This document shows positions 18,399 through 28,088 of a stretch of DNA of 64,000 nt, piece after piece (the first letter of the stretch is position 1; the number at the start of each line of letters is the position of its first letter). The position numbers and the translations under genes are program-made. The notes under the pieces were generated by a model. The model was not told the DNA's origin, made no database searches, and saw only the letters and a program-made list of their open reading frames with translations. Origin of the DNA: Candidatus Binatia bacterium (GTDB taxonomy: Bacteria; Desulfobacterota; Binatia; Bin18); the NCBI GenBank assembly GCA_963667495.1, contig OY763426.1:1347615-1411614 (forward strand), given 5' to 3'.

Positions 18399-19586
18399 AT
18401 GTCAGGACCGTTGGCTGGTTATCGCGTTATTGATGTCACCCAGATGTTGTCAGGCCCCATGGCCACCATGATGCTGGGCGACCAGGGGGCGGATGTCATC
18501 AAGGTCGAACCGCCGGACACGGGCGATCTGACCCGTGCCCTGGGTGGGAAATCGCGGCCTATCTCCCCGTTTTTTTCTACCTTGAATCGGAATAAGCGCT
18601 CGGTGGTCCTGAATCTGAAAGACGAAAAGGGCGTCGGGTTGCTCAAAGATCTCGTCGCCGACGCCGATGTGTTTGTCCAGAATTTCCGGCCCGGTATAGC
18701 CGAGCGTATGGGGATTGGTGAGGACGTCCTGCGCCAGGTGAAACCCGACCTTATCTATGTCTCTATCAGCGGCTTTGGCGAAAAGGGCCCGTATGTCGGC
18801 AAGCGCGTATACGATCCGGTCATCCAGGCGCTGTCCGGCCTGGCCGATATTCAGGCCGACCCGGACTCTGGCCGGCCGCGTATGATACGGCTCATCATCC
18901 CCGACAAGGTCACGGCTCTGACTGCGGCCCAAGCCATTACCGCCGCCCTCCTGGCCCGGGAACGAACCGGGGAGGGGCAGCATGTCCGCCTCGCCATGCT
19001 GGACGCGGTCGTCTCGTTTCTGTGGCATGAGGGCATGACGCAGTACACCTTCATGGGCTCGGATATCGGGCCGGCCCGACCGGCTGACACGCGCGACCTG
19101 ATCTTTGAGACCGCGGACGGCTATATCACCGCGGCCGCGGTCTCGGACAAGGAATGGCAGGGGATGACGCGTGCCCTGGAGCGGCCCGAATGGTTGGAAG
19201 ATGCCCGGTTCAGCACACCTGCCGGGCGGGTCAAATACGCCGACGTACGTTTGGATCTGACGGCCGAGGTCTTGAAGGAAAGAAGCTCGGCCGAATGGCT
19301 GGAACGCCTCGATGCCGAGCAGGTGCCGTGCGCGCCGGTCAATCGCAAGGCCGACGTCTTGACCGACCCGCAGGTTGCGGCCAACAATTTGATTGTTGAA
19401 TCCGACCATCCGCACGCCGGCCACATGCGCCAGGCCCGGCCAGCCGCGCGGTTCGAGGGCACGCCCGCGGAACTCCTGCGTCAACCAGCCCCGCTGCTGG
19501 GCGAGCAGACCGACACGATTCTGGCCGAACTGGGCCTGTCCGCGGACACCCTGGCCGAGTTGCGCGAGGCCGGCACGATTGCCTGA
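18399..19586 (+). CDS. CoA-transferase family III (CaiB/BaiF / formyl-CoA transferase-like)
   Basis: The N-terminus LAGYRVIDVTQMLSGPMATMMLGDQGADVIKVEPP...GD is diagnostic for family III CoA-transferases. Confidence 0.85.
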   Translation: MSGPLAGYRVIDVTQMLSGPMATMMLGDQGADVIKVEPPDTGDLTRALGGKSRPISPFFSTLNRNKRSVVLNLKDEKGVGLLKDLVADADVFVQNFRPGIAERMGIGEDVLRQVKPDLIYVSISGFGEKGPYVGKRVYDPVIQALSGLADIQADPDSGRPRMIRLIIPDKVTALTAAQAITAALLARERTGEGQHVRLAMLDAVVSFLWHEGMTQYTFMGSDIGPARPADTRDLIFETADGYITAAAVSDKEWQGMTRALERPEWLEDARFSTPAGRVKYADVRLDLTAEVLKERSSAEWLERLDAEQVPCAPVNRKADVLTDPQVAANNLIVESDHPHAGHMRQARPAARFEGTPAELLRQPAPLLGEQTDTILAELGLSADTLAELREAGTIA

Positions 19587-19619
19587 GTGCTGATAGGCAG
19601 ATGAGAACGTCGTGGACTA

Positions 19620-19904
19620 ATGAGGGAATTCCGATGGGACCACGAAAAAAATGTTAGACTCCAAAAGGAACGAGGAGTCAGTTTCGAGCAAGCTCAGGTA
19701 GCAATCGAGAGAGACGGCCCGCTGGATGTCCTAGAGCATCCTAACTCGGAACGTTATCCGCATCAGAAGCAATTTGTCATATTACTTCACGACTATGTTT
19801 ACGTCGTCCCTTATGTCGAAGAAGAAAACGATACATATTTTCTCAAGACAATCTATCCAAGTAGAAAACTGGCGAGAAAGTATCTTCGACAAGATGAGGA
19901 CTAG
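19620..19904 (+). CDS. brnT: BrnT-like toxin (DUF497 / ribonuclease toxin)
   Basis: 94 aa. MREFRWDHEKNVRLQKERGVSFEQAQ matches the BrnT family N-terminus. Local GC is low. Confidence 0.65.
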   Translation: MREFRWDHEKNVRLQKERGVSFEQAQVAIERDGPLDVLEHPNSERYPHQKQFVILLHDYVYVVPYVEEENDTYFLKTIYPSRKLARKYLRQDED

Positions 19905-19906
19905 CC

Positions 19907-20608
19907 ATGCCTAACGAACATATCCACGAAGAGCCGCTAGACGAAGAAGAACGACAGTTGGCGAAAGAACTGGAAGCTGGGGAGTGGGTCTCCGATCCCG
20001 CTTTTGTGGTTACAGATGAATTCGAGGAAACAGTCTCTGCGCTTGAAACAACTGCCAACGAGCTTGAACGCGTCAAAGCAGACCCATATCGGTGGAAATG
20101 GGTTATCCTGGCTCTCCACAGTGCCTTGCAGGGCATGATGGCCTTGGCGCTGAGAGGAGGCAATAACTTAAGGGTGCTAAAATCCGAAGATGCCAAACGT
20201 TTCCTTGACGCCTATGAAAATGGCACGCCGATTCCGGCGGATTTGCAAATGGACGATTTCCTCAATCTGTATAAGAAGGCCAAGGGCGACGCTATGCTTT
20301 TTTATGTAGACTCTGAAAAGTTTACGCCCCAAGGAACCCAAGGACGGTCCATAAAACGACTGAACCGGCTTCGGAATCAGTTCATACATTTCACTCCGCG
20401 TACCTTCATGCTCGTACTTAACGAACTTCCCGAAATAACCCTGGATTGCCTCAACATTGCTGAGTTTCTCGCATGGAACTCAAATAACGTTGGCTGGGAC
20501 GTAAAAGACAATGAGGACGAGTTGGTTGAGCGGGCAAAAAAAGCGCTCAAGGCCGCAGCTAAGGCCGCGCAGGAGATAAAAGAAGCCTACGCTCTCCCGC
20601 CTTCGTAG
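19907..20608 (+). CDS. BrnA-like N-terminus (about 30 aa) fused to a 200-aa domain of unknown function; putative cognate antitoxin
   Basis: EEERQLAKELEAGEWVS resembles the BrnA N-terminal motif. The remainder has no family I recognise. It is 2 nt downstream of brnT and lies in the same low-GC island. Confidence 0.45.
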   Translation: MPNEHIHEEPLDEEERQLAKELEAGEWVSDPAFVVTDEFEETVSALETTANELERVKADPYRWKWVILALHSALQGMMALALRGGNNLRVLKSEDAKRFLDAYENGTPIPADLQMDDFLNLYKKAKGDAMLFYVDSEKFTPQGTQGRSIKRLNRLRNQFIHFTPRTFMLVLNELPEITLDCLNIAEFLAWNSNNVGWDVKDNEDELVERAKKALKAAAKAAQEIKEAYALPPS

Positions 20609-20628
20609 GAGCGACGCATGCGTCGCCC

Positions 20629-21831
20629 CTACTTAAGTAAGCGGTCGGCCTTCCAGAGCAGGCTCAGCAGCACGACCCAGAATACCTGGGCACCAATAGC
20701 CGCCGCCCACAGAAACCAGGCCAGTTTACCGGCAATGGCACACAGCAACACGAGCAGAGAATAGTCCCGGCTGGTCAGCCCGGCGACCATTTTTTCAATC
20801 CAGACATCTTCCCAGCCACCCCGCGCCCGTCCGGCGTCTTCGGTTTTCTCGGCCCGGGTCACCAATGGGAAGGAAATGAACGCGGCCGCGGCCAGCAGAC
20901 CGCCGAGCAGCGGAGCGGCGGCCAGTCCATCCTGTTTCCACACCGCCACCCCGACTCCGAGAAAAATGGCAATATGGACAACCGTATCCAGGGTGATGTC
21001 AAGCCACTCTCCCAGCGGCGATTCCAGCATTTTGACCCGCGCCACCTCCCCGTCCACGCAGTCAAGAACGGTCGAGAACTGAAGCAATAGCGCTCCAAGC
21101 ACCGACCCGCCATAACTGCCAAGCAGGAAGCAACTCGCGCCCAGCAGTCCGGTCAGAAACGACAGGACGGTAATCTGATTGGGCGTCAGCGGGGTGCGGA
21201 GAAAAAGACGGGTGAGCAGCCGGGAATACCTGCGGTTGAGATAGGTATCAACCAGACCGTCTCGCGGATTTTCCAGGGTGAGGAGAAAAGTGTGTTCGAC
21301 CGCACCCCAGTCGTCCTGTTGGGTCAAACGATACAAGAAGTGCTGACCGGGGGGCCGCACCGGAAGCTGTTCGATCTGCTCTGCCGGCAGGCTGCCCTCC
21401 TGTGTCCAGGTCGCTACCAGGGACGGGAGTTGCGCCAGCGGGACAACCGCCAGGCTTGCATCATTAGGTCCGCCGCGCACCTGCCAGCCGTCTTTGCCTT
21501 CTCGTCCTACGTCCCGAACCAAGGTCGGGCGGAAAAGTGTCTCGCACGAGAAAACCAGACAGTGCCCGGTGTCGGAAGGGAGATTCGCCGGCAACGGATT
21601 GCACGGCGTGACCCATACTACGTCGGCGGTAAGTCGCAGGTCATTCGCCAGCGAGTTTTGTAGCGCTTCTACTTCTTCATTTTTGGCCAATACATAGCAG
21701 ACCCGTGCGCCCACTCGCCGGGCGGTCAGCAGCGCCCGTTTCAGCAGCGAGAGTCCGCCAAATCGTGCTAACGGAGATGGGGCATCCACTCCTCCGGTTG
21801 AGATCACAGCAGCGTTCACCAGACATGCCAT
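20629..21831 (-). CDS. Bifunctional nucleotidyltransferase / CDP-alcohol phosphatidyltransferase (IPCT-DIPPS-like)
   Basis: The C-terminal motif DCVDGEVARVKMLESPLGEWLDITLDTVVH matches DG-x2-AR-x8-G-x3-D-x3-D, with TM helices. The N-terminus is an NTP-transferase-like fold (MACLVNAAVISTGG). The track ORF extends a further 152 aa upstream without support. Confidence 0.6.
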   Translation of the reverse strand: MACLVNAAVISTGGVDAPSPLARFGGLSLLKRALLTARRVGARVCYVLAKNEEVEALQNSLANDLRLTADVVWVTPCNPLPANLPSDTGHCLVFSCETLFRPTLVRDVGREGKDGWQVRGGPNDASLAVVPLAQLPSLVATWTQEGSLPAEQIEQLPVRPPGQHFLYRLTQQDDWGAVEHTFLLTLENPRDGLVDTYLNRRYSRLLTRLFLRTPLTPNQITVLSFLTGLLGASCFLLGSYGGSVLGALLLQFSTVLDCVDGEVARVKMLESPLGEWLDITLDTVVHIAIFLGVGVAVWKQDGLAAAPLLGGLLAAAAFISFPLVTRAEKTEDAGRARGGWEDVWIEKMVAGLTSRDYSLLVLLCAIAGKLAWFLWAAAIGAQVFWVVLLSLLWKADRLLK

Positions 21832-21987
21832 ACGTGACCCAAACGGATATAGACGGATGCTGCTGCTGGCAAGCAGGGCCGAGCGTCCTTGATTGCCTCG
21901 GTTTGCTTGAACGCCTAGGATGCACTCAGAATGGGGACGGAACGATCTAATATAAAGAGTAAACGTGCCCAGTTTTTTCGTATGGTT

Positions 21988-22794
21988 GGAGGACACCTTT
22001 ACTCTTTGAAGCACTGGTCTGCGGTGTCCCGCCTGGCCGTGTGCGGGCTGAGTGGCCTGCTTCTGATCGCCTGCGCTACGGAGAAAAAAGATTTCATGAC
22101 CTCGGCAAGAGAGCTTGAAAGCCGGACGTTGTTTGCCCCGGCGATGAAACAGTACGAAGAGGCCATCGAGGAGAACCCCAATAACGCCGAAGCCTACTAT
22201 CGCATTGGAGCGTTGGCCAACGAGATAGGCAATACGGAGTTTGCAGCACAAAAGTTTCGCCAAGCGCTGAATATCGATGCCAGTCATCCAGGTGCGAAAC
22301 GGGCGCTGTCAACCTATCATATCAATCGCGGGACCATTGCCCGGCAACAAGGCCGACTGAGCACGGCCCGTAGCGAACTACAAGCTGCGGTGGGAGTTGA
22401 TCCAGGCTCAAGCGTAGCCCAGCTTGAACTCGGACGGGTCCACGAAGCAGAAGGGAGTCTCGACAGGGCCCTGCATGCCTATATCGCCTCGGCTGAGGCC
22501 GACCCTCACAATATTGACACCCAACTGGCACTCGGGCAGAGCTACCTCGCCCAAAAGCAGTACGCTGAGGCAGAGACAGCACTGAAGGCGGTGCTGGATG
22601 CCAATCCGGACAGGGCAGAAGCTTATACTGGTCTGGGGGAAGCCTATTTTCACCAGGGCAAGAAGCAGGCGGCCCGGCAGTCCTTTGAGCAGGCTATTCG
22701 GCACTACCTGCTCGCCGGGCGGCGCGACTTGGCCAAGCAGGTCCAGGAGAAGGCGGACGCCCTCTTCCCACCAGCTTCAGATACAAAAAAATAA
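21988..22794 (+). CDS. TPR-repeat lipoprotein
   Basis: A lipobox (LLLIAC) is followed by TPR repeats (AEAYYRIGALA..., AEAYTGLGEAYF...). Confidence 0.7.
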   Translation, partial: GGHLYSLKHWSAVSRLAVCGLSGLLLIACATEKKDFMTSARELESRTLFAPAMKQYEEAIEENPNNAEAYYRIGALANEIGNTEFAAQKFRQALNIDASHPGAKRALSTYHINRGTIARQQGRLSTARSELQAAVGVDPGSSVAQLELGRVHEAEGSLDRALHAYIASAEADPHNIDTQLALGQSYLAQKQYAEAETALKAVLDANPDRAEAYTGLGEAYFHQGKKQAARQSFEQAIRHYLLAGRRDLAKQVQEKADALFPPASDTKK

Positions 22795-22813
22795 ATCAGA
22801 CGGCCCGAACAGT

Positions 22814-24127
22814 TCACCGCTCCGGGGCAATGTCTTCGAGCGTACGGCCGCTGGTCTCGGGAAAGACCAGCGCGACCAGCACCGGAGTGAAGAGCATGAT
22901 CAGGACCAGGGTTGAAATCGCTGGCCAGTGCGACTGATACACGCCGTACAGGACCGATTCGAGCATCAGCCCGATGCTTCCCCCCACCGTTGCAATAATC
23001 ACCCGCACGCCAGCAGCCGTTGAGCGGTAGGAGGTCGGAAAGAGTTCGGAGCCGTAGGCGGCCAGCACAACGTTGACGCCGAGCAGGGTGAAAATCATCA
23101 AGACCCAACTGGGCACCACAAACAGGGCCGGCACGTTATAGTAGGCAAGGGTGAACGTCACCTGCCCAATCAGAAAGCCAATCGTGACTTTCTTCCGTCC
23201 GATGCGATCGCTCAGCCAACCGGCGAACGTATTACCCACAATCGCAAACGCCCCGGCCCCAAACGTCATCAGGCCCACGCCGCCCGGTGTCCAGCCGTGG
23301 ACGTCCTGGAGATATTTAGGACCGAAAAAATTGGCCGCCGACTCGGCAACGGCAACCACAAACAAAACCGAGGTCACGGCCAGCAGCCGGCCCGGGTACA
23401 TGTGCACAAGATTCACCAGGGGCTGCAGCATGGTGTCCGTGCGTTGCTGGCGATGGGCCTCAAAACGAGCGGTTTCGGGCAGCGCGCGACGCCAGTAGGC
23501 AAGCAGTAGCAGGGGCCCCAGCCCAACCAGATACAGACCCCGCCAGCCATTTTCCATATGTCCGACCAGGGCAAAGAGCAGCGCGGCCAGCCCCGCACCC
23601 GTGGACTGGATGGCGGCTAATGCGCCAACTCCCCACCCACGGACCTCAGGGTCAAATTCCTCGACAATGACGATGACCGCCAGCAGTGACTCGGCCACGG
23701 CAAAGGTCCTGGCGAAAAACTGGCACACCACAAAGGTGACGGCATTGGGCGAAAACGCGGTGGCCCCGGTGAAGACGGTATAGGCCAGAATGGTGAACAA
23801 CAGCACCCGCCGCCGGCCTATGCGGTCGGCGACCAGGGCGACACCAAAGGCCGGCAGCGCCCCAAAACGGACAATGGAGCCGAGATAGCCGAGTTGGTCT
23901 TCGGCAATTCCCAGTCCGGCCTGTATCTGTTTGAGCGACAGGGTGAACAGATACAGGTCGTACATCTCAAAAAAAGAGGCAGCGGCCACGAGACCCAGAA
24001 CGCGCCACTGCCGGCGGGTGAGGGCCGGCGGGCGACCCAGAAACCAGGCGACTCGCAGCCAGCCAGGTCGATAGGTGCGGTCCGTCTCGACAGACGGAAT
24101 CGGTTGGCGATGGGTCGGGTCGGACAT
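22814..24127 (-). CDS. MFS transporter
   Basis: 437 aa with 12 TM segments and the MFS signature region GRKKVTIGFLIGQ in loop 2-3. Confidence 0.8.
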   Translation of the reverse strand: MSDPTHRQPIPSVETDRTYRPGWLRVAWFLGRPPALTRRQWRVLGLVAAASFFEMYDLYLFTLSLKQIQAGLGIAEDQLGYLGSIVRFGALPAFGVALVADRIGRRRVLLFTILAYTVFTGATAFSPNAVTFVVCQFFARTFAVAESLLAVIVIVEEFDPEVRGWGVGALAAIQSTGAGLAALLFALVGHMENGWRGLYLVGLGPLLLLAYWRRALPETARFEAHRQQRTDTMLQPLVNLVHMYPGRLLAVTSVLFVVAVAESAANFFGPKYLQDVHGWTPGGVGLMTFGAGAFAIVGNTFAGWLSDRIGRKKVTIGFLIGQVTFTLAYYNVPALFVVPSWVLMIFTLLGVNVVLAAYGSELFPTSYRSTAAGVRVIIATVGGSIGLMLESVLYGVYQSHWPAISTLVLIMLFTPVLVALVFPETSGRTLEDIAPER

Positions 24128-24314
24128 GGAGGAAAGCTTTCGGCTGCTGGTCTATGCGCATTCTTGAGTCTAGGGGTTATACAACCTGGCCTCTAGTAGG
24201 GAACGCTCCGAAAATGCTAAAGGGAGGAAATGTGCCCAGCTTTTACCGCTGTGGAAAGGACATGCTTCCTCTTCACATGGTAGCGTTTACAGGAAAGTAA
24301 AGGAGGGAATCTGC

Positions 24315-25550
24315 ATGGCTACTGCTGCACTCGACGCACCGCTGACAAACGGAGCGGCCCGGACCTGGCACGAGAAGTACAACTTTGACACCGCCCCCAT
24401 TCCGATTGAGCCGTATATCTCCGAGGACTATTTCAAGCTCGAACAGGAGCGCGTCTTTCGGAAAGTCTGGCTGAATGTCGGTCGGATTGAGCAGATTCCG
24501 AACCCCGGTGATTATTTTGTCAAAGACCTGCCCATGTGCCGCACCTCTCTGATTGTGACCCGTGACAAAAAGGGCCAGGTTCGCGCCTTCCATAATATGT
24601 GTGCCCACCGCGGCAATAAGATAGTGTGGAACGGCAGCGGTTCCTGTCAGAACTTCACCTGCAAATTTCACGGCTGGAGTTATGGACTCGACGGAACGCT
24701 CAAATTCGTGCCGGACGAGGAGAGCTTTTTTGATCTCAAGAAAGAACGCTTAGGGCTGACGCCGGTAGCGATCGATACCTGGGAGGGGTTTATTTTTGTC
24801 AATGTTGATCCCAACCCGACCGAAACCCTCCAGGAATATCTGGGCGAGTTTGCCGAACGGTTGAGCGGCTATCCCTTTGCCGAGACGTCCAACCAGTGTT
24901 TTTCCTGGCAAACGGAGATCAAGTGCAACTGGAAACTGATTAAGGACGCCTTTCAGGAAGCCTACCATGTGGCCTTTCTGCATACCCGCAGCCTGCCCGA
25001 CTCTTTTACCAGTCGGGACAATCCCTTTGGACATGCGCTGGACTTCCGGCTCTTCAAACGCCACTGCCAGCTCTCCGCCTTCGGCAATTCCAAACACAAG
25101 CCCAGCCCGGTTGAGGCCCTGGCGTATAAAGCGGGGGCACTCATCATTCCCAATGAGTTCACACGCGAATCCCTACCGCCGGGGGTGAACCCCACCCGCG
25201 ACCCGCGCTGGTCGCTCGACCTCAACATCTTTTTCCCCAATTTCTTTGTTGATGTGGGCCACGGCACGTATTTTACGTATAATTTCTGGCCGTTGGCGGC
25301 TGACCGGTCCCTCTGGGAAGTGCGATCATATTTCCCAAAGGCGCAGACTGTCTCCCAGCGTTTCAGTCAGGAATACAGCAAGGTCATCTTTCGCGACATC
25401 CTCACCGAAGATGCCAGTACGATGGAGCAGACCCAGCAAATGCTGGCCTCAGGTGCAAAAAAGGAATTCATCCTCCAAGACCAGGAACTCCTGGTGCGTT
25501 TCGGCAACCGGGTGCTGGAAGACCATATCAACGGCGCACAAGCACAGTAG
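24315..25550 (+). CDS. Rieske non-heme iron oxygenase, alpha subunit (second paralog)
   Basis: It carries the Rieske motif CAHRGNK...CKFHGW. It has 411 aa and no adjacent beta, ferredoxin or reductase genes. Confidence 0.85.
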   Translation: MATAALDAPLTNGAARTWHEKYNFDTAPIPIEPYISEDYFKLEQERVFRKVWLNVGRIEQIPNPGDYFVKDLPMCRTSLIVTRDKKGQVRAFHNMCAHRGNKIVWNGSGSCQNFTCKFHGWSYGLDGTLKFVPDEESFFDLKKERLGLTPVAIDTWEGFIFVNVDPNPTETLQEYLGEFAERLSGYPFAETSNQCFSWQTEIKCNWKLIKDAFQEAYHVAFLHTRSLPDSFTSRDNPFGHALDFRLFKRHCQLSAFGNSKHKPSPVEALAYKAGALIIPNEFTRESLPPGVNPTRDPRWSLDLNIFFPNFFVDVGHGTYFTYNFWPLAADRSLWEVRSYFPKAQTVSQRFSQEYSKVIFRDILTEDASTMEQTQQMLASGAKKEFILQDQELLVRFGNRVLEDHINGAQAQ

Positions 25551-25596
25551 CGCAGAAATCTCACCGCGACAGGGGCGACCTCCGGGTCGCCCTTTT

Positions 25597-26397
25597 TTAT
25601 GCAAAGCGCTGTAAAAACGAGACGGCTGCTCGGTTGAAGGTTTCCGGTGCTTCAAGGTTGACCGCATGCCCGGCGTCGGCCTCAACAACTTCCAAATGAG
25701 GCAAGGTCTGCTCGGCAAAGCGGCGGCGTGGCACAAAACGCTCTTCTTGGGTGCCGCATACCAGCAGAGTCGGCACCCGATTGGTTTTCATCAATGCCGG
25801 ATCAATGGGATCGGCGAGTGAGGTATAGCGCGCCGTATAGGCTGCCCCAATAGGATCGTGGCGCGTCGCGTCCGTGCACAGCGCCTGTTTGAATTCCGGG
25901 GCCAGACGGCGCGCGTTCTTTGGGTGGACGGCGATTCTTTCGAGCGCAGCCGCCCCGTCGCGTTTTGCCAGCGCAATCAGTTTGTCGGTCCCCGGTCGTA
26001 TCTCTTGTACCCAGTCCATACTGCTGAACGCGGTCGAGGAATTGGTCACCAGGTGAGCCAGGACCCGGTCCGGATGGGCCAGGACATAACGGAGGGTCAG
26101 GCCGGCTCCCAGCGACTGACCAATGACAAACCAGTCTGCCACGCCGAGCGCTTCCCGGATGCGTTCAAACGCCTCCACGTAGCGCTCCGGAGCGTACTCA
26201 TGGGGATCGTCGGGGGCAGGCGACCGACCGTGGCCGAACAGCTCAACCACCACCGGGCGGCACACCGTAGACAGCGCCTCCAGATTGGGCAGCCACTGCG
26301 CCCGGCTGGAGAGAAAGCCATGCAGCATCAGCGCATACGGTCCCTGTCCGGCCCGGACTTCGTAGTACGGCAGCAGCATGGACGGTGTTCTTAACAC
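25597..26397 (-). CDS. Alpha/beta hydrolase
   Basis: The nucleophile elbow GQSLGAG is present, with a C-terminal His. Confidence 0.75.
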   Translation of the reverse strand: MLRTPSMLLPYYEVRAGQGPYALMLHGFLSSRAQWLPNLEALSTVCRPVVVELFGHGRSPAPDDPHEYAPERYVEAFERIREALGVADWFVIGQSLGAGLTLRYVLAHPDRVLAHLVTNSSTAFSSMDWVQEIRPGTDKLIALAKRDGAAALERIAVHPKNARRLAPEFKQALCTDATRHDPIGAAYTARYTSLADPIDPALMKTNRVPTLLVCGTQEERFVPRRRFAEQTLPHLEVVEADAGHAVNLEAPETFNRAAVSFLQRFA

Positions 26398-26466
26398 GAA
26401 CGCAGGTAAGCGGGATAGTCAGCTCTGGGGAGATACGGTCTGCTTGAAAGTTCCTGTGACTGGTAT

Positions 26467-26937
26467 TTACCATTGCCGGACGGGCGATTCGGGCGACTGC
26501 GGACAGACACCAGGACACCCTTCCTGCTGAGAATAATCCGGCAATCCCTCAATCTGAGCAGGGTTCACCGCGCTGATCAGAAAGGTACGCCTTTTATAAT
26601 ACAGCCGTCCTTCAAAGTGCAGCGGCAGCCCTTCGGCTGCGTCACTTTGTATATATTTCATGATAGGGGCCGGTCCGGTAAAGAAGAGAAAGCGCCCAAA
26701 ATGGCGGAGCACACCCGGCGCATAGTTGCCTGCCATCCGCACCTCAACATCCCGGATGCGCATTTTCCATACTTCGCCGGCCAGACTGATTTCAAAGTAC
26801 GGGTACAGCTCGCCGATCTCGTCGTCCGGGCGAATTAACACACCAGTCAACCGTATTGGGACGCTCTGCGCGGCTACGCTGAGCGCGTCAGACAACAGGA
26901 ACAGAGCGATAAAAAGTACACAAGCGGTCGGTCGCAT
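26467..26937 (-). CDS. Secreted hypothetical protein (paralog of the protein at 47098..47580)
   Basis: It has a signal peptide (MRPTACVLFIALFLLSDALSVAAQS). It shares the PIRLTGVLI / LPVRLSGKLY motif with the second copy. Confidence 0.5.
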   Translation of the reverse strand: MRPTACVLFIALFLLSDALSVAAQSVPIRLTGVLIRPDDEIGELYPYFEISLAGEVWKMRIRDVEVRMAGNYAPGVLRHFGRFLFFTGPAPIMKYIQSDAAEGLPLHFEGRLYYKRRTFLISAVNPAQIEGLPDYSQQEGCPGVCPQSPESPVRQW

Positions 26938-27071
26938 ACATCCTCTGTGTCTTCGGCGTCCACTTGGTGAAGACTGCTGAAGGGCGGCAAGGAATGTGGA
27001 AATACTCTGGTCACATATATGGATTCTGCTACAAGGCAGAGGAATGATACAAGCAAGGAGCCACAGCACCT

Positions 27072-27326
27072 ATGAATACTGAAGAAATCAAGAGTGCGCT
27101 CAATACCGACGGCGCGGCCATGCTGTATTGGATTTGCCTGATGATTGGTGTCCTGATGTGGACGATAGGCGAACTCACTACCACCTCGCACCTCCGACAG
27201 ATATCACGCGATGTCGAGAAGCTGAAGTCGCTTGTAGAGCAAGTCCAGGAGCAGACCGAGTGCGTGGAGATGGCGCGCGGGACCGACCCCAAGCGCAACG
27301 TCTCCAGCCAACCACCGACAATATGA
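27072..27326 (+). CDS. Small hypothetical membrane protein
   Basis: 84 aa with one TM helix. Confidence 0.35.
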   Translation: MNTEEIKSALNTDGAAMLYWICLMIGVLMWTIGELTTTSHLRQISRDVEKLKSLVEQVQEQTECVEMARGTDPKRNVSSQPPTI

Positions 27327-27402
27327 GCAAGACAGCTCCGTCATTCCTGCGCAAGCAGGAAGATGTATTGACAGCACATTTCAAGCGCATCATGATGCGT
27401 AT

Positions 27403-27663
27403 ATGCGTACCACACTAACCATTGACCCCGATGTCGAACGGCTGCTGCAGCGGGAGATGCGGCGTACCGACAGGAGCATGAAGGCCGTCGTAAATGATGC
27501 GTTGCGAGTCGGCCTTGGCACACAGGGGAAGACGGTGCGATTGCCACCCTTCAAAGTCGAACCCCACGCCTTTCACTTCAAACCCGGTGTTGACGTTGAC
27601 AGGCTCAATCAACTCGTGGATGAGTTGGAGGCGGAAGCGCTTTCCCGAAAGCTCGAACGGTGA
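27403..27663 (+). CDS. vapB: Type II antitoxin (VapB-like)
   Basis: 86 aa. It has a 4-nt overlap with the downstream PIN gene. Confidence 0.6.
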   Translation: MRTTLTIDPDVERLLQREMRRTDRSMKAVVNDALRVGLGTQGKTVRLPPFKVEPHAFHFKPGVDVDRLNQLVDELEAEALSRKLER

Positions 27664-28088
27664 TCGTTCCCGACATCAACCTGTTGCTCTATGCCCATGA
27701 TTCGGCATCCCGCCGACACCAAGCTGCACGTCAATGGTGGGAAGCACTCATGAATGGAACAGAGACAGTGGGCCTCCCCTGGATTGCCATTCTGGGTTTC
27801 ATTCGCATCTCGACGCACGCGAAGATCCTCGACAATCCACTCGACGTGAGCGGCGCCTGTCGCCGAGTGCGGTCCTGGCTTGACCGTCCGCAAACGGCCC
27901 TCATCCATCCCGGAACCCGACATGCCTATATCCTGTTTGGTCTGCTTGAGGCGGTCGGTGCGGCGGGCAATCTGACGACGGATGCGCACTTGGCCGCTCT
28001 CGCAATCGAACATCAAGCCGAGATGCATTCCACCGACGCGGACATGGCGCGCTTTCCAGGATTGCGTTGGACAAATCCGCTCATCTGA
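27660..28088 (+). CDS. vapC: PIN-domain toxin (VapC family)
   Basis: MIVPDINLLLYAHDSAS...TTDAHLAALAIEH...STDADMARF is a PIN fold. Confidence 0.7.
   Translation: MIVPDINLLLYAHDSASRRHQAARQWWEALMNGTETVGLPWIAILGFIRISTHAKILDNPLDVSGACRRVRSWLDRPQTALIHPGTRHAYILFGLLEAVGAAGNLTTDAHLAALAIEHQAEMHSTDADMARFPGLRWTNPLI

Noticed and set aside
21832-22287. 152-aa N-terminal extension of track ORF 20629..22287
   Set aside because: The extension has no nucleotidyltransferase homology and overlaps the divergent TPR gene promoter region. The conserved NTP-transferase N-terminus begins at MACLVNAAVISTGG (21831).
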